Assembly (NCBI GenBank): GCA_965279305.1
Contig: OZ257143.1
Coordinates: 960,001 to 992,000 of the forward strand
DNA from: Gammaproteobacteria bacterium
GTDB taxonomy: Bacteria > Pseudomonadota > Gammaproteobacteria > JBIOEC01
Direction: 5' to 3'
DNA length: 32,000 nucleotides
Every line of letters starts with the position of its first letter. Position 1 is the stretch's first letter. Shown piece after piece: positions 1 to 9,909 of the stretch. The notes beneath the pieces are model-generated. The model had not been told where the DNA came from and did no database searches. It worked only from the letters and a program-made list of their open reading frames with translations. Position numbers and translations under genes: made by a program.

Positions 1-129
1 ATGGGTTGTGATGTAGAAGATATCGCTTTAACCATTCACCCTCATCCTACGTTATCTGAAAGTGTGATGATTGCCTCTGAATTATTCGAAGGTACCGCTA
101 CCGATTTACCTAATACAACTAAGAAGTAG
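1..129 (+). CDS. lpdA: dihydrolipoyl dehydrogenase (E3), C-terminal fragment; 5' end outside window
   Basis: Frame +1 reads GCDVEDIALTIHPHPTLSESVMIASELFEGTATDLPNTTKK*. This is colinear with the conserved C-terminal His-Pro segment of E. coli Lpd (..IHAHPTLHES..FEG..TDLPN..). Stop TAG at 127-129. Confidence 0.8.
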   Translation: MGCDVEDIALTIHPHPTLSESVMIASELFEGTATDLPNTTKK

Positions 130-167
130 ATATAACTCCCTTTACTTCCTTTCGTTTGAAAGATCTC

Positions 168-192
168 GCAAGGCGAAGTGAATTCGCCTTGC
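168..192. terminator. candidate bidirectional hairpin between convergent lpdA and symporter genes
   Basis: Perfect 10-bp stem gcaaggcgaa (168-177) / ttcgccttgc (183-192) with 5-nt loop. There is no clear U-tract on either side, so it is weak as an intrinsic terminator. Confidence 0.35.
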
Positions 193-234
193 TCGGATGT
201 TAAAGGGGGAGAATTCTCTCTCGTCCTGGAGCGC

Positions 235-1464
235 CTACTTAGTTTTGATGCCGGATTGGGTGAGTTGTTTGTCGGTAATTTCGCTATCTACTACTTTGGT
301 CACGCATAAATCTGACCAAACATTTATAGATGTTTCCAACATATCTAATAATAAATAAAATGGAAGAATCACAAACATCAAGTTAATAGGCACGTTCATC
401 GTATTTAACAACGCTATTGTTAAAAAATAACATCCCATAGGTACGCCTGCATTACCAATAGCGGCAATAGTCGCAATCGCTACCCATGCTACCAGTTCAA
501 GCGCATTAAATTCTACACCCGTACTCATCGATACAAATAAAACAGTAATAATAATAAATCCAGCGCAAGCATTCATATTAATCGCTGTGCACAAAGGCAA
601 TGAAAACCCGGCAATAGAGCGGCGAATACCTAAACGGCGTTGTGCTACATCCAGAGTAGCGGGTAGGGTGGCGCTAGATGATTTAGACCAAAACGCTAGA
701 TTAATCGCAGGCAATGAATTTTTTAACACATGGTAAGGCGAATGACCTTTCCATTTTAAAAAGAGTGGCAATACAATGAGTGCTTGAATTAAATTAGCCG
801 CTACCACGCATACTAAATACCAGGCTAAATTAGTGAGTTCAGCAAAGCCTTGCTGCAATTCAATCACAAATTGAGTGACAAATGCCCAAATAGCTAAGGG
901 TAAGCATTTTAAAATAAGTCGGGTGGTCGCTAAAATAGCACCAAATAAGCTATTAAATAGATCATTTAAAAATGTTTTTTGTTGCTCTGGAAGATTTAAA
1001 ATAGCAAAGCTAATCAGTAAGGCTAAAAATAAAATAGCAATCACATTGCCTTCGCTAAACGGCGCGATAATATTAGAAGGCACGTTGTTTAAAACAAATT
1101 CCCAGTAGCTAATGGATTGAGCAGGGTTTTCGCCACTGACTGCCGTATAATTTTTAACACTAATCGGTTCTATTAATAAAAATAAAGTTAATCCTATGGT
1201 GGCCGCAATAATAGTGGTTAATAACGTATATTTTAATACTTTGCTGCCTAGCATGGTAACAGCAGTTTTATCTTGTAAACCGGTGATGGTGGAAATAATC
1301 GCTAAGAAAATAATTGGTACGCTGATCAATTTTAATAAATTAACAAAAATGATACCGATATTTTCGCTGGCGATTACCACAGGTAGGGAAGGGTAAAGCC
1401 CTGATACTATCCCTAAGATCACTGCGACGATTAGCAACGTAAATGTGTGATTAAATATGGCCAT
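235..1464 (-). CDS. dicarboxylate/amino acid:cation symporter (DAACS / GltP-type family)
   Basis: Polytopic membrane protein carrying the family signature SSSATLP (..WSKSSSATLPATLDVAQ..). The ORF is open to 1527. I prefer the ATG at 1464 (MAIFNHTF..) because AGGA lies 8 nt upstream; the ATGs at 1473 and 1527 lack a spaced SD. Confidence 0.85.
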   Translation of the reverse strand: MAIFNHTFTLLIVAVILGIVSGLYPSLPVVIASENIGIIFVNLLKLISVPIIFLAIISTITGLQDKTAVTMLGSKVLKYTLLTTIIAATIGLTLFLLIEPISVKNYTAVSGENPAQSISYWEFVLNNVPSNIIAPFSEGNVIAILFLALLISFAILNLPEQQKTFLNDLFNSLFGAILATTRLILKCLPLAIWAFVTQFVIELQQGFAELTNLAWYLVCVVAANLIQALIVLPLFLKWKGHSPYHVLKNSLPAINLAFWSKSSSATLPATLDVAQRRLGIRRSIAGFSLPLCTAINMNACAGFIIITVLFVSMSTGVEFNALELVAWVAIATIAAIGNAGVPMGCYFLTIALLNTMNVPINLMFVILPFYLLLDMLETSINVWSDLCVTKVVDSEITDKQLTQSGIKTK

Positions 1465-1592
1465 GATCAGCATCCTCTTGGAGAGAAGACTATTTATATC
1501 ATACAAGAAAGGTAGGGACAATCCCAAAAAATTAGACTATACTGTCAGCGAAAATGACTCTTCTGATGGACTTGAAGATTACGGGAGATTAA

Positions 1593-1934
1593 ATGACTAA
1601 TCTTATTAAAATCGGGTTGGCTCTTTCAGTGTTAACCTTATCAGCATGCCAATCGACTTCACGTCCTGAATACTTGCCCGGGTATTATCAACCCGCTCAA
1701 CATCATCCTTCTCGTTACGAATATGCTTACTACGATTATTATGGAAACTACCATGCGAGCTATCAACGAGATGCTTACACAGAACCAGGCCGTTGGCATC
1801 GTGCGCCTGTGGTCAGCGTAGATAATATTAATAAAAGTTATTATGTAGAAGCTGCCTTAGCCGAAGAAGAAGCAACAGAAGCTTTAGGTGATGTGGTGAG
1901 CCAAGATGCTTTCATCGAACCTAAAGTAAAATAA
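1593..1934 (+). CDS. hypothetical lipoprotein, Tyr-rich
   Basis: SD GGGAG upstream of the start. N-terminal signal with lipobox LTLSAC. Tyr-rich segment YEYAYYDYYGNYHASY. No recognisable family. Confidence 0.6.
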   Translation: MTNLIKIGLALSVLTLSACQSTSRPEYLPGYYQPAQHHPSRYEYAYYDYYGNYHASYQRDAYTEPGRWHRAPVVSVDNINKSYYVEAALAEEEATEALGDVVSQDAFIEPKVK

Positions 1935-1964
1935 TCTAGAACTTATCTTAGCCTGTGATATTCC

Positions 1965-3266
1965 ATGCCAAATTTTGATACTTGGAAAATGATGTTTGTT
2001 AATCAGCGTATGCTGATTATGGCGTTATTTGGCTTTTCATCTGGGTTACCTGTTGCACTTACTGCTGGCACGCTTCAAGCCTGGCTTACCGATTCTGGTC
2101 TTGATATTAAAACCATTGGACTTCTTACTTTAGTCGGCCAACCTTATTTTTATAAATTTTTGTGGGCGCCCGTGATGGATAGGTTCGCGCCTAGCTTGAT
2201 TGCGGGGCGTAGACGCAGCTGGATATTAGCTACACAAATAGGTTTGATGGTGAGTTTATTTGTTATGTCGGGTTCAAACCCTGCAGAAGAGCCTTGGTTG
2301 CTGGCGCTTGTTGCCGTGCTCGTTGCTTTTATATCAGCTTCTCAAGATATTGTGATTGATGCTTATAGAACGGAAATTTTATCACCTGAAGAGCGTGCAC
2401 CTGGTACCGCATTATTTGTTAGCTTTTGGAGAATTTCAGCGATTATCTCTGGAGCAGGCGCATTATTGATGGCGGATCAGTTGGGGTGGGAAGCCACTTA
2501 TATGATCATGGCATGTTTAGTATTAGTAGGAATTGCCGCTACCTTAATTGCGAAAGAGCCTGCGTGCACCAAATTAACTGCCCATCGTACGTTACAAGAA
2601 GCCATTACTTTGCCTTTACAAGATTTTTTGCAGCGTGATAAAGCGGTTTGGTTATTGTTACTAGTGGTGTTGTATAAATTAGCCGATGCGTTTGCAGCAC
2701 AATTAATGACGGCGTTTTTTATTGGCGGCGCAGATATTCAAGGCTTGGGTTTTACCAAAACCGAAGTGGGGATAATTGCAAAAGGCTGGGGTATCGTGGC
2801 TACGATTGTAGGTGCTAGTGTGGCAGCGGTGTGGATGGCGCGTATGCGTTTATTCACCGCTTTAATGGTATTTGGTTTCTTACAAGCTATTTCTAATTTA
2901 ATGTTTGTATGGTTAGCGGTGGTAGGTAAAGATCATAATTTATTAATTGCTACGGTGTTTATTGAAAACTTTTGCAGCGGTTTAGGCACTACCGCTTTTC
3001 TCACTTTGTTAATGGGTTTGTGTAATCAAAAATTTGCGGTAGCACAATATGCACTGCTATCCGCTTTTGCTGCAGTAGGTGTGCGCTTTTTAGGGCCATT
3101 TGCGGGTTGGTTAGTGGCTGAAGTGGGTTGGATAGACTTTTTTATATGGAGTTTTGTGGCATCGTTACCGAGTTTTGCATTAATGGTCTTTTTAAGAGAT
3201 ACCATTGCTCAATATGATAATCGGAAGGAGTTTAAGAAGAAGAAAGTTAGGAAAAAAGTTACTTAA
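1965..3266 (+). CDS. ampG: AmpG-family muropeptide MFS permease
   Basis: N-terminus [54 protein letters not shown] is colinear with E. coli AmpG (LGFASGLPLALTSGTLQAWMT..IDLKTIGFFSLVGQAYVFKFLWSPLMDRY). 12-14 TM pattern. The start could be a few codons downstream. Confidence 0.85.
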   Translation: MPNFDTWKMMFVNQRMLIMALFGFSSGLPVALTAGTLQAWLTDSGLDIKTIGLLTLVGQPYFYKFLWAPVMDRFAPSLIAGRRRSWILATQIGLMVSLFVMSGSNPAEEPWLLALVAVLVAFISASQDIVIDAYRTEILSPEERAPGTALFVSFWRISAIISGAGALLMADQLGWEATYMIMACLVLVGIAATLIAKEPACTKLTAHRTLQEAITLPLQDFLQRDKAVWLLLLVVLYKLADAFAAQLMTAFFIGGADIQGLGFTKTEVGIIAKGWGIVATIVGASVAAVWMARMRLFTALMVFGFLQAISNLMFVWLAVVGKDHNLLIATVFIENFCSGLGTTAFLTLLMGLCNQKFAVAQYALLSAFAAVGVRFLGPFAGWLVAEVGWIDFFIWSFVASLPSFALMVFLRDTIAQYDNRKEFKKKKVRKKVT

Positions 3267-4308
3267 ACTCAGTCACCAACCATTGCATTTCTTCGCCTGC
3301 CTTCAGTGGAACTAAAACATCATCATCGATATACGGTATTTGCTCTGGAACCATCCATTGTTTTTGCTCTAATACAATCTTGCGTGTATTTCTAGGTAAG
3401 CCATAAAAATCCGCACCATAGAAGCTGGCAAAGCCTTCTAGTTGATGCAACGCATCCATTTGTGCAAATGCTTCGGCATATAATTCAAGTGCTGCATACG
3501 ATGTATAAATGCCAGCACAGCCACAAGCGGATTCTTTAGTATGTTTGGCATGGGGTGCACTATCAGTGCCTAAAAAGAATTTAGGGTTTCCACTGGTGGC
3601 TGCTTTTAATATGGCACGTTGATGTTGCTCACGTTTTAATACTGGCAAACAATACATATGCGGGCGAATACCACCATGAAATAAGGCATTACGATGATAA
3701 AGTAAATGATGTGGGGTAATAGTGGCTGCGACATTGTCTGGTGCATGAGTAACAAAATCTACTGCATCTGATGTAGTGATATGCTCTAACACGATGCGTA
3801 ATTCAGGGAACTTTTGAACTAAGGTGCTTAAATGTCGATCTATAAATATTCGCTCTCTATCAAATACATCTACATTGTGATCCGTTACTTCGCCATGAAT
3901 AAGTAATGGTAAGTTGTGTTCTTGCATGGCTGCAAACACATCTTGCATAGCAGATATATCTTTAACACCTTTAGCAGAATTGGTAGTGGCATTGGCAGGA
4001 TATAATTTGGCAGCATAAACAATATCACTTTCGGCGGCTTCTTTTATATCTTCTGGCGTTGTTTCTTGAGTTAAATACAGCGTCATTAAAGGAGAAAAAT
4101 AACTGCCTGCAGGAATATATTGATTAATGCGTTGAAAATAATGCGTTGCGGCTTCTACATTTACTATAGGTAATATTGTATTTGGCATTACAATAGCGCG
4201 CGCGAAATAACGCGAAACAGCAGGAACCGTAACGGAAAGTGCTTGATGATCACGCAAATGAATATGCCAATCATCAGGTTGTGTCAAAATCACAGATTTA
4301 TTATTCAT
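3259..4308 (-). CDS. pyrC: dihydroorotase, class II
   Basis: Colinear with E. coli PyrC along its length: [62 protein letters not shown]. The 3' end overlaps ampG by 8 nt (convergent). Confidence 0.93.
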   Translation of the reverse strand: MNNKSVILTQPDDWHIHLRDHQALSVTVPAVSRYFARAIVMPNTILPIVNVEAATHYFQRINQYIPAGSYFSPLMTLYLTQETTPEDIKEAAESDIVYAAKLYPANATTNSAKGVKDISAMQDVFAAMQEHNLPLLIHGEVTDHNVDVFDRERIFIDRHLSTLVQKFPELRIVLEHITTSDAVDFVTHAPDNVAATITPHHLLYHRNALFHGGIRPHMYCLPVLKREQHQRAILKAATSGNPKFFLGTDSAPHAKHTKESACGCAGIYTSYAALELYAEAFAQMDALHQLEGFASFYGADFYGLPRNTRKIVLEQKQWMVPEQIPYIDDDVLVPLKAGEEMQWLVTEFK

Positions 4309-4552
4309 ACGCTAAATAATAACATAAAATTGTTGACATTGTTTTTATTTGCTGCCAAAGTGTGCATAAAGTTGGTATCTAATTAAATAATTAGCTATCA
4401 AACAAATTCTTGTGCGCTTACTTACGCCACTTTAGTAATGAGGTTAAGAGAGCGACAGGGACACGAGATTGCGAAGGAAGTAAAAAGCAATCAGTGGATG
4501 CTGCAATGTAACTCAAATAGTTTATTTTTTGTACAAAGTTCAAGGTAAAATC

Positions 4553-4580
4553 TTGACATATGTCCAAATAAATCTAAGCT
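4553..4580 (+). promoter_or_regulatory. candidate sigma70 promoter for the OMP gene
   Basis: TTGACA (4553-4558), 16-nt spacer, TAAGCT (4575-4580), about 45 nt upstream of the ATG at 4629. Confidence 0.4.
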
Positions 4581-4628
4581 ATATGGGTTCGGAACAGATC
4601 TGTTAATTAACAATCAAGGAGATAGAAA

Positions 4629-5294
4629 ATGCAAGTTAAAAACCTAGCTAGAACGGCGGTGTTGGGAGTTGCTGCATTAGCAAGCGCTTCATCATTCGCG
4701 TTTATGGAAAACTACATGGATTTCGACGGAGTTTATATACTTGGCGGTATCGGTTATGCCGGTATTGACAACGCTAACTTCGGCGACAGACATGGCCAAA
4801 ACCCTAATGGCGTATCTGGAACCAACCTTGAAGCTGCTGGCGAACTTGCATGGCGCGGTGGTTTCGGTGCGTGGATGACCGATAACTTTGCTCTTGAGTT
4901 CAACTACATTGGTGTTGCTGACATTAACGAAGATCGCAATGGCGGTTCGTTCAATGGTACAACTCCTTCTGGTTATGCTCAGCTTAATACACAAGATGCT
5001 ATGTTTTTTGACATCAGTGGTGTAGGCCGTTGCTTCTTTGCTGATGACTTCTGGGGCTTTGCTCGTATCGGTTTAGCTCTTGGTAGCATCGATCGTGAAG
5101 CTTACCTTAACCATGTTCAAGTAAGTGGTGAAGAGAACACTGGTTTAGGTTACTCTTTAGGTGTGGGCGCTCAATACGATTTCACCGAAATGTTCGGACT
5201 TCGTCTTGAAGGCAGCACAGTACAAGCAACGAACGACGTTGATGTATACGCTGTGACCGCTAACCTTGTAATCAACTTCGAAGAATTGATGTAA
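4629..5294 (+). CDS. small outer-membrane beta-barrel protein (OmpA-like/Opa-like barrel family)
   Basis: Strong SD AAGGAG. Signal peptide MQVKNLARTAVLGVAALASASSFA. Alternating amphipathic beta-strand pattern with aromatic girdles (FALEFNYIG, GYSLGVGAQYDF, FGLRLEGS, YAVTANLVINF). Confidence 0.7.
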   Translation: MQVKNLARTAVLGVAALASASSFAFMENYMDFDGVYILGGIGYAGIDNANFGDRHGQNPNGVSGTNLEAAGELAWRGGFGAWMTDNFALEFNYIGVADINEDRNGGSFNGTTPSGYAQLNTQDAMFFDISGVGRCFFADDFWGFARIGLALGSIDREAYLNHVQVSGEENTGLGYSLGVGAQYDFTEMFGLRLEGSTVQATNDVDVYAVTANLVINFEELM

Positions 5295-5313
5295 TAATCA
5301 ATTTGTAGAAACT

Positions 5314-5343
5314 AAAAACCCGGGCTTGCCCGGGTTTTTTTTT
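5314..5343. terminator. bidirectional rho-independent terminator (OMP gene / fpr-like gene)
   Basis: Stem cccggg (5319-5324), loop cttg, stem cccggg (5329-5334). Flanked by an A5 run on the left and a T9 run on the right, so it has a U-tract on both strands. Confidence 0.85.
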
Positions 5344-5397
5344 CTTATCCTCATTGCGAGGCCATGTTTTTTTTATGGCCGCGGCAATCCACATCAA

Positions 5398-6165
5398 TTA
5401 TCTATGTGAAAACACGTACTTCTCACGTTTGACATTTTTATGATCAAATCCTGCTTCTTGTAATAAAACAAAAGCATCATCAATCATGGCAGGATTGCCA
5501 CATAGATAAACAATATCATTGGCTGGATCTAATTTAAGTTCTTTCAAATAATGGGTCACACGGCCATTCCATTCATGAAGGCTAGGATCTTTAACCACTT
5601 CTTGTGAATAGCAGGTATAGAACTGGGCTCGTGGGTTACGAGCTGCCAAGGCCTCAAAATCGTCAGTGTAAAAGCGCTCAGTTGGGTTACGGATCCCAAA
5701 TAAAATCATCACCTCAAGCTCTGAGTCTTCATTAAGACGCTTCTCTAGAGCAGGGATCATGGCGCGATAAGGGGCAATTCCGGTGCCTGTGCCTACTAAT
5801 ATATAGCGTTTAGGCTTCTCTTCATCCTTCAAAACTAAGCGTCCAACTGGACCAGCTGCTGTTTGAGCTTGTCCTGGGGCCAGATTTTTCAGAGATTCAC
5901 TGGCTAAGCCTCCAGGAATATGGGAAATTGCCACTTCAACTAGGGGTGATTGATAAGAGGTCATCTGATTAGAGCTGTGTGGAATACTAGCTATACTATA
6001 ACTGCGGGAATGCCGTTTTTCCTCATGCTCAAAATAAAGGTTAATAAACTGGCCTGGAATGAACTCCATAGGTGCTCCTGCCGGCATGCGGAAAGCCAGC
6101 TGGTAAACGCTGGGGGTTAGCTGCTGAGCAGATTCTAGGGTTAATTCAAAGGTAACCAGTGCCAT
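5398..6165 (-). CDS. ferredoxin-NADP(+) reductase family flavoprotein
   Basis: FAD-binding RxYS motif (HSRSYSIAS), NAD(P)-binding GTGTGIAPY, and C-terminal YLCGNPAMI. Size and order are typical of plant-type FNR/Fpr-like reductases. Confidence 0.8.
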   Translation of the reverse strand: MALVTFELTLESAQQLTPSVYQLAFRMPAGAPMEFIPGQFINLYFEHEEKRHSRSYSIASIPHSSNQMTSYQSPLVEVAISHIPGGLASESLKNLAPGQAQTAAGPVGRLVLKDEEKPKRYILVGTGTGIAPYRAMIPALEKRLNEDSELEVMILFGIRNPTERFYTDDFEALAARNPRAQFYTCYSQEVVKDPSLHEWNGRVTHYLKELKLDPANDIVYLCGNPAMIDDAFVLLQEAGFDHKNVKREKYVFSHR

Positions 6166-6227
6166 AGTGAGTCGCCCTAAAGTAATAATGAGGCCTATTA
6201 TAAGGTAATTTATAATTTAGGACTACT

Positions 6228-6256
6228 CTTGAAAAGGCCAAAAAGAAGCACCATAT
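6228..6256 (+). promoter_or_regulatory. candidate sigma32 (RpoH) heat-shock promoter of clpB
   Basis: CTTGAAA (6228-6234), 14-nt spacer, CACCATAT (6249-6256). E. coli sigma32 consensus is CTTGAAA-N13-15-CCCCATnT. Located 33 nt upstream of the clpB ATG. Confidence 0.55.
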
Positions 6257-6288
6257 AAGTAGTAAGAAGAGAGAGAAGGATTTGTGAT

Positions 6289-8892
6289 ATGCGAATGGAC
6301 AAACTAACCGTTAAATTTCAGCAAGCATTGTCTGATGCTCAATCATTGGCTGTGGGCCGAGATAATTCTTATTTAGAACCTTCACATGTATTACAAGCAC
6401 TATTAGATCAAGAAGGCGGCAGTGTTAGGCATGTTCTACAAACTGCTAGCGTAGATATTTCCAAATTACGAAATTTATTAGCCGAAATCTTAGATAATTT
6501 ACCCACCGTTAAAGAACCGCAAGGCGAAATTTCTGTTTCTCCTGATTTGTCGCGCGTTTTAAATATGACCGATAAAATTGCGCAAAAACGTAAAGACCAA
6601 TATATTGCGAGTGAATTATTTGTTCTCGCTTTAGCCGATGATAAATCAGCCGCCGGCGAAGCATTACGCAAATCCGGTGCAACTCGTGCTACTTTAGAGC
6701 AAGCCATTAATGATATGCGCGGTGGAAATGATCAAGGAGCACAAGTGAACGATCCTAACGTTGAAGAAACTCGTCAAGCATTAAATAAATATACTATCGA
6801 TTTAACAGAGCGCGCCGAACAAGGAAAATTAGATCCTGTGATTGGTCGCGACACTGAAATTCGCCGCACTATTCAAGTATTACAACGACGCACCAAAAAC
6901 AATCCTGTATTGATTGGTGAACCGGGCGTAGGTAAAACGGCCATTGTTGAAGGTTTAGCACAACGAATTATTAACGGTGAAGTGCCTGAAGGTTTAAAAA
7001 ATAAACGCGTATTGTCTTTAGATATGGGCGCATTAATTGCGGGTGCAAAATTTCGCGGTGAATTTGAAGAGCGTTTAAAAGCAGTATTGAAAGAATTAGG
7101 AAAATTAGAAGGCCAAGTGATTTTATTTATTGATGAAATTCACACGATGGTAGGTGCAGGTAAAGCCGAAGGCTCAATGGATGCGGGTAATATGTTAAAA
7201 CCGGCATTAGCTCGAGGTGAATTGCATTGTGTGGGTGCTACCACATTAGATGAATACCGACAATATATTGAAAAAGATCCGGCATTAGAAAGACGTTTTC
7301 AAAAAGTAATGGTGCAAGAACCAAGCATAGAAGATACCATTGCTATTTTACGTGGATTAAAAGAACGTTATGCATTGCATCATGGTGTCACTATCACCGA
7401 TCCGGCTATTGTTGCTGCGGTAACTTTATCTCAACGCTATATTACCGATCGTTTCTTGCCAGATAAAGCCATCGATTTAATTGATGAAGCGGCCAGTAAT
7501 ATTCGTATGGAAATTGATTCCAAACCCGAAGAATTAGAAAAACTAGAGCGCAGAATAGTACAGCTAAAAATTGAACGCGAAGCACTAAAAAAAGAAACCG
7601 ATGAAGCTTCTCAACAACGTTTAAAAGATTTGGAAATAAGCTTATCAGATTTAGAAAAACAATATAATGATTTAGAGGCCGTTTGGAAATTAGAAAAATC
7701 TGAATTAAAAGGTACTCAATCTATAAAAGAAGCCTTAGAGCAAGCGCGCCTTGATTTAGAAAAAGCCGCACGTGTTAATGATTTAACTCGTATGTCTGAA
7801 TTACAATATGGCCGTATTCCCGAATTAGAAAAACAATTGGCGCAGGCAGAAGGTGAAGAGAAAAAAGGCAAATCGTCAACACAGAAAAAATTAATGCGCA
7901 CTAGCGTTACCGCCGAAGAAATTGCAGAAGTCGTAGCTCGTTGGACAGGTATTCCTGTGAGCAAAATGCTAGAAGGCGAGAAATCAAAATTATTACATAT
8001 GGAAGAAGAGTTAGATAAACGCGTAGTAGGGCAAAACGAAGCCGTTCATGCGGTTGCCAATGCTATTCGTCGCTCTCGCTCGGGTTTATCGGATCCTAAA
8101 AAACCTATTGGTTCATTCTTATTCTTAGGCCCTACGGGTGTAGGTAAAACCGAATTATGTAAAGCATTGGCTTCTTTTATGTTTGATACTGAAGATGCTT
8201 TAGTGCGTATTGATATGTCGGAATATATGGAAAAACATGCGGTAGCACGCTTAATTGGTGCTCCTCCTGGTTATGTTGGTTACGAAGAAGGCGGACATTT
8301 AACTGAAATTATTCGTAGACGTCCTTATGCCGTTATTTTATTTGATGAAATAGAAAAAGCGCATCCCGATGTATTTAATATTTTATTGCAAGTATTAGAT
8401 GATGGCCGTTTAACCGATGGTCAAGGTCGTACCGTTGATTTTCGTAATACGGTTATCGTGATGACATCGAATTTAGGCTCTGATTTAATTCAACAAATGT
8501 CTAAAGAAGCGGATTATCATGTAATGAAATCGGCAGTGATGGGTGTGGTAACACAACATTTCCGTCCTGAATTTTTAAATCGTATTGATGAAGCAGTGGT
8601 ATTCCATCCTTTAGATGAAAGTGCGATTGAGCAAATTGCTAAAATTCAATTACATTATTTGGAAGAACGTTTAAAACAACAAGATATTACTTTGGAATAT
8701 ACGGAAGCCTCATTAAGAAAATTGTCAGAAGCAGGATACGATCCTATTTATGGTGCTAGACCTTTAAAACGAACCATTCAGCAATTGGTGGAAAATCCGC
8801 TTTCCATGAAATTACTGGAAGGTGGTTTTTCAAAAGGCGATACCATTGTGATGGATGCCAAAGATAAAAAACTCACCTTCACCAAAAAATAA
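6289..8892 (+). CDS. clpB: ClpB disaggregase (AAA+ chaperone)
   Basis: Near full-length colinearity with E. coli ClpB: MRMDKLT.KFQ.AL, two Walker A loops ([16 protein letters not shown]), the coiled-coil middle domain, and GARPLKR near the C-terminus. Confidence 0.98.
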   Translation: MRMDKLTVKFQQALSDAQSLAVGRDNSYLEPSHVLQALLDQEGGSVRHVLQTASVDISKLRNLLAEILDNLPTVKEPQGEISVSPDLSRVLNMTDKIAQKRKDQYIASELFVLALADDKSAAGEALRKSGATRATLEQAINDMRGGNDQGAQVNDPNVEETRQALNKYTIDLTERAEQGKLDPVIGRDTEIRRTIQVLQRRTKNNPVLIGEPGVGKTAIVEGLAQRIINGEVPEGLKNKRVLSLDMGALIAGAKFRGEFEERLKAVLKELGKLEGQVILFIDEIHTMVGAGKAEGSMDAGNMLKPALARGELHCVGATTLDEYRQYIEKDPALERRFQKVMVQEPSIEDTIAILRGLKERYALHHGVTITDPAIVAAVTLSQRYITDRFLPDKAIDLIDEAASNIRMEIDSKPEELEKLERRIVQLKIEREALKKETDEASQQRLKDLEISLSDLEKQYNDLEAVWKLEKSELKGTQSIKEALEQARLDLEKAARVNDLTRMSELQYGRIPELEKQLAQAEGEEKKGKSSTQKKLMRTSVTAEEIAEVVARWTGIPVSKMLEGEKSKLLHMEEELDKRVVGQNEAVHAVANAIRRSRSGLSDPKKPIGSFLFLGPTGVGKTELCKALASFMFDTEDALVRIDMSEYMEKHAVARLIGAPPGYVGYEEGGHLTEIIRRRPYAVILFDEIEKAHPDVFNILLQVLDDGRLTDGQGRTVDFRNTVIVMTSNLGSDLIQQMSKEADYHVMKSAVMGVVTQHFRPEFLNRIDEAVVFHPLDESAIEQIAKIQLHYLEERLKQQDITLEYTEASLRKLSEAGYDPIYGARPLKRTIQQLVENPLSMKLLEGGFSKGDTIVMDAKDKKLTFTKK

Positions 8893-8894
8893 TC

Positions 8895-8908
8895 TCACCT
8901 CTCCCTTG
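8895..8908 (+). repeat. fragment of the left arm of the 62-64 bp repeat
   Basis: tcacctctcccttg matches the first 15 nt of the full repeat (tcacctctccccttg) with a 1-nt deletion. It lies 19 nt upstream of full copy A. Confidence 0.5.
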
Positions 8909-8926
8909 ATGTGTTTTGTAGAATAA

Positions 8927-8990
8927 TCACCTCTCCCCTTGTGGGAGAGGTCGACGCTTTAGCGGCGGGTGAGGGGTATCTATTTCTTTA
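8927..8990 (+). repeat. REP/MITE-like palindromic repeat, copy A (left flank of GTPase cassette)
   Basis: tcacctctccccttgtgggagaggtcg-acgcttta-gcggcgggtgaggggtatctatttcttt. It shares an identical 27-nt left block and 28-nt right block with copy B at 10885-10946. Contains a 9-bp stem acctctccc/gggagaggt (8929-8937 / 8943-8951). Confidence 0.9.
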
Positions 8991-9875
8991 AGTAGGTCTT
9001 GATCCAGCCGAAGCAGCAGGAGGGAATACCTCATTCAATTGCTTCAAGCTAGTAGGCAAAATAAATGCGTTGTAAGCCATCACAATTGGATTAACTGTCG
9101 GTTGATATTGAGAAGCAACTTCTCGAGTTTCTTCTAGCAGTTGTGCTGTTGCCGCTACACCACGCTCTAATCTTGCAAGTAAATTTAGAAAATCGTTCAG
9201 TTTTTGTGTGCCTTTTAATTCTGGTCGCGCAATCTGAGCTTTCAAATAATTTTTTAATTTTTTTATTTCCGATAATGTAGCAGGAGTGGTTGCAGCAGAT
9301 ATTACTTGTTCTTTTTTTCTTTGCATGTAACAGTTTTTAGTTGCTGTAATAAATAAGTCAAAAACTTTTTCTCCTGTTTTTCCGCTAACATGATACACGC
9401 CGCGAAAAGTTTCATTTTCATTGAGTACGCCTTGGCCTAGCGTTTCCATTTCTTCTTGAGTCACTTCAGGTGTACCTTTTACATCAGAATGAGTAGCCAC
9501 TAAATAAATATCGGCTTCTGAGGTACCATCTGCTTTCATCATTGGATAAAATTTCTCACGAATGGCATCGAATGAGGCTCTATCGTAAGGATTAAAGCAG
9601 AAAAATTTTATAACAGCACCACGCTTATAAGATCTGGCGATACTAGATATTCGATCACTCCCTGCAGTATCCCATACTTGTAAGCCAATAGTTTTTCGTT
9701 CAATATCTGTGTTTTTTGTATGGAAGTCTACTCCTATAGTAGCGTGATAGTCATCAGCTGGATTACGTCTCATAAAAGAAGCCAGTAATGCACTTTTTCC
9801 AACATTTGAGCTGCCAACTAGAATGGCCTTGAAAAGGTAATCATGAGGAAGGAATGTTTGATCTTCTTGTAACAT
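8988..9875 (-). CDS. Rab-like small GTPase (eukaryote-type Ras superfamily), paralog A, with novel C-terminal extension
   Basis: G1 GSSNVGKS; Rab signature and switch I TIGVDF; G3 WDTAGSD; RabF3-like SSIARSYKRGA; G4 variant THSD; G5 HVSGK. SD AAGGAA lies 7 nt upstream. The stop codon sits on the repeat A boundary. Confidence 0.8.
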   Translation of the reverse strand: MLQEDQTFLPHDYLFKAILVGSSNVGKSALLASFMRRNPADDYHATIGVDFHTKNTDIERKTIGLQVWDTAGSDRISSIARSYKRGAVIKFFCFNPYDRASFDAIREKFYPMMKADGTSEADIYLVATHSDVKGTPEVTQEEMETLGQGVLNENETFRGVYHVSGKTGEKVFDLFITATKNCYMQRKKEQVISAATTPATLSEIKKLKNYLKAQIARPELKGTQKLNDFLNLLARLERGVAATAQLLEETREVASQYQPTVNPIVMAYNAFILPTSLKQLNEVFPPAASAGSRPT

Positions 9876-9909
9876 ATAAATTTCCTTACAATAAGTGCAC
9901 TATTTTTCT

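Noticed and set aside
4309-4628. Long (320 bp) pyrC-OMP intergenic region examined for an sRNA or riboswitch
   Set aside because: No convincing conserved stem-loops or terminator were found. Only a promoter-like element could be supported. Covariance-model scanning (Rfam) would be needed.
5360-5381. Hairpin ggccat-N9-atggcc downstream of the fpr-like gene as its terminator
   Set aside because: The stem is a short 6 bp with a 9-nt homopolymeric loop. The adjacent GC-rich bidirectional terminator at 5314-5343 is a far better candidate.
6408-7964. Antisense ORFs inside clpB (6408-6707, 7716-7964). Similar antisense ORFs lie inside other genes: 875-1108, 1196-1396, 2426-2638, 4692-4994, 10463-10651, 11745-12053, 12217-12519, 12763-13038, 13927-14127, 15290-15526, 17147-17383, 19693-19887, 22290-22528, 23526-23756, 25581-25883, 26088-26336 and 27487-27824
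   Set aside because: All are embedded in, or antisense to, longer ORFs with clear homology or better start signals. None has an SD or a recognisable motif.
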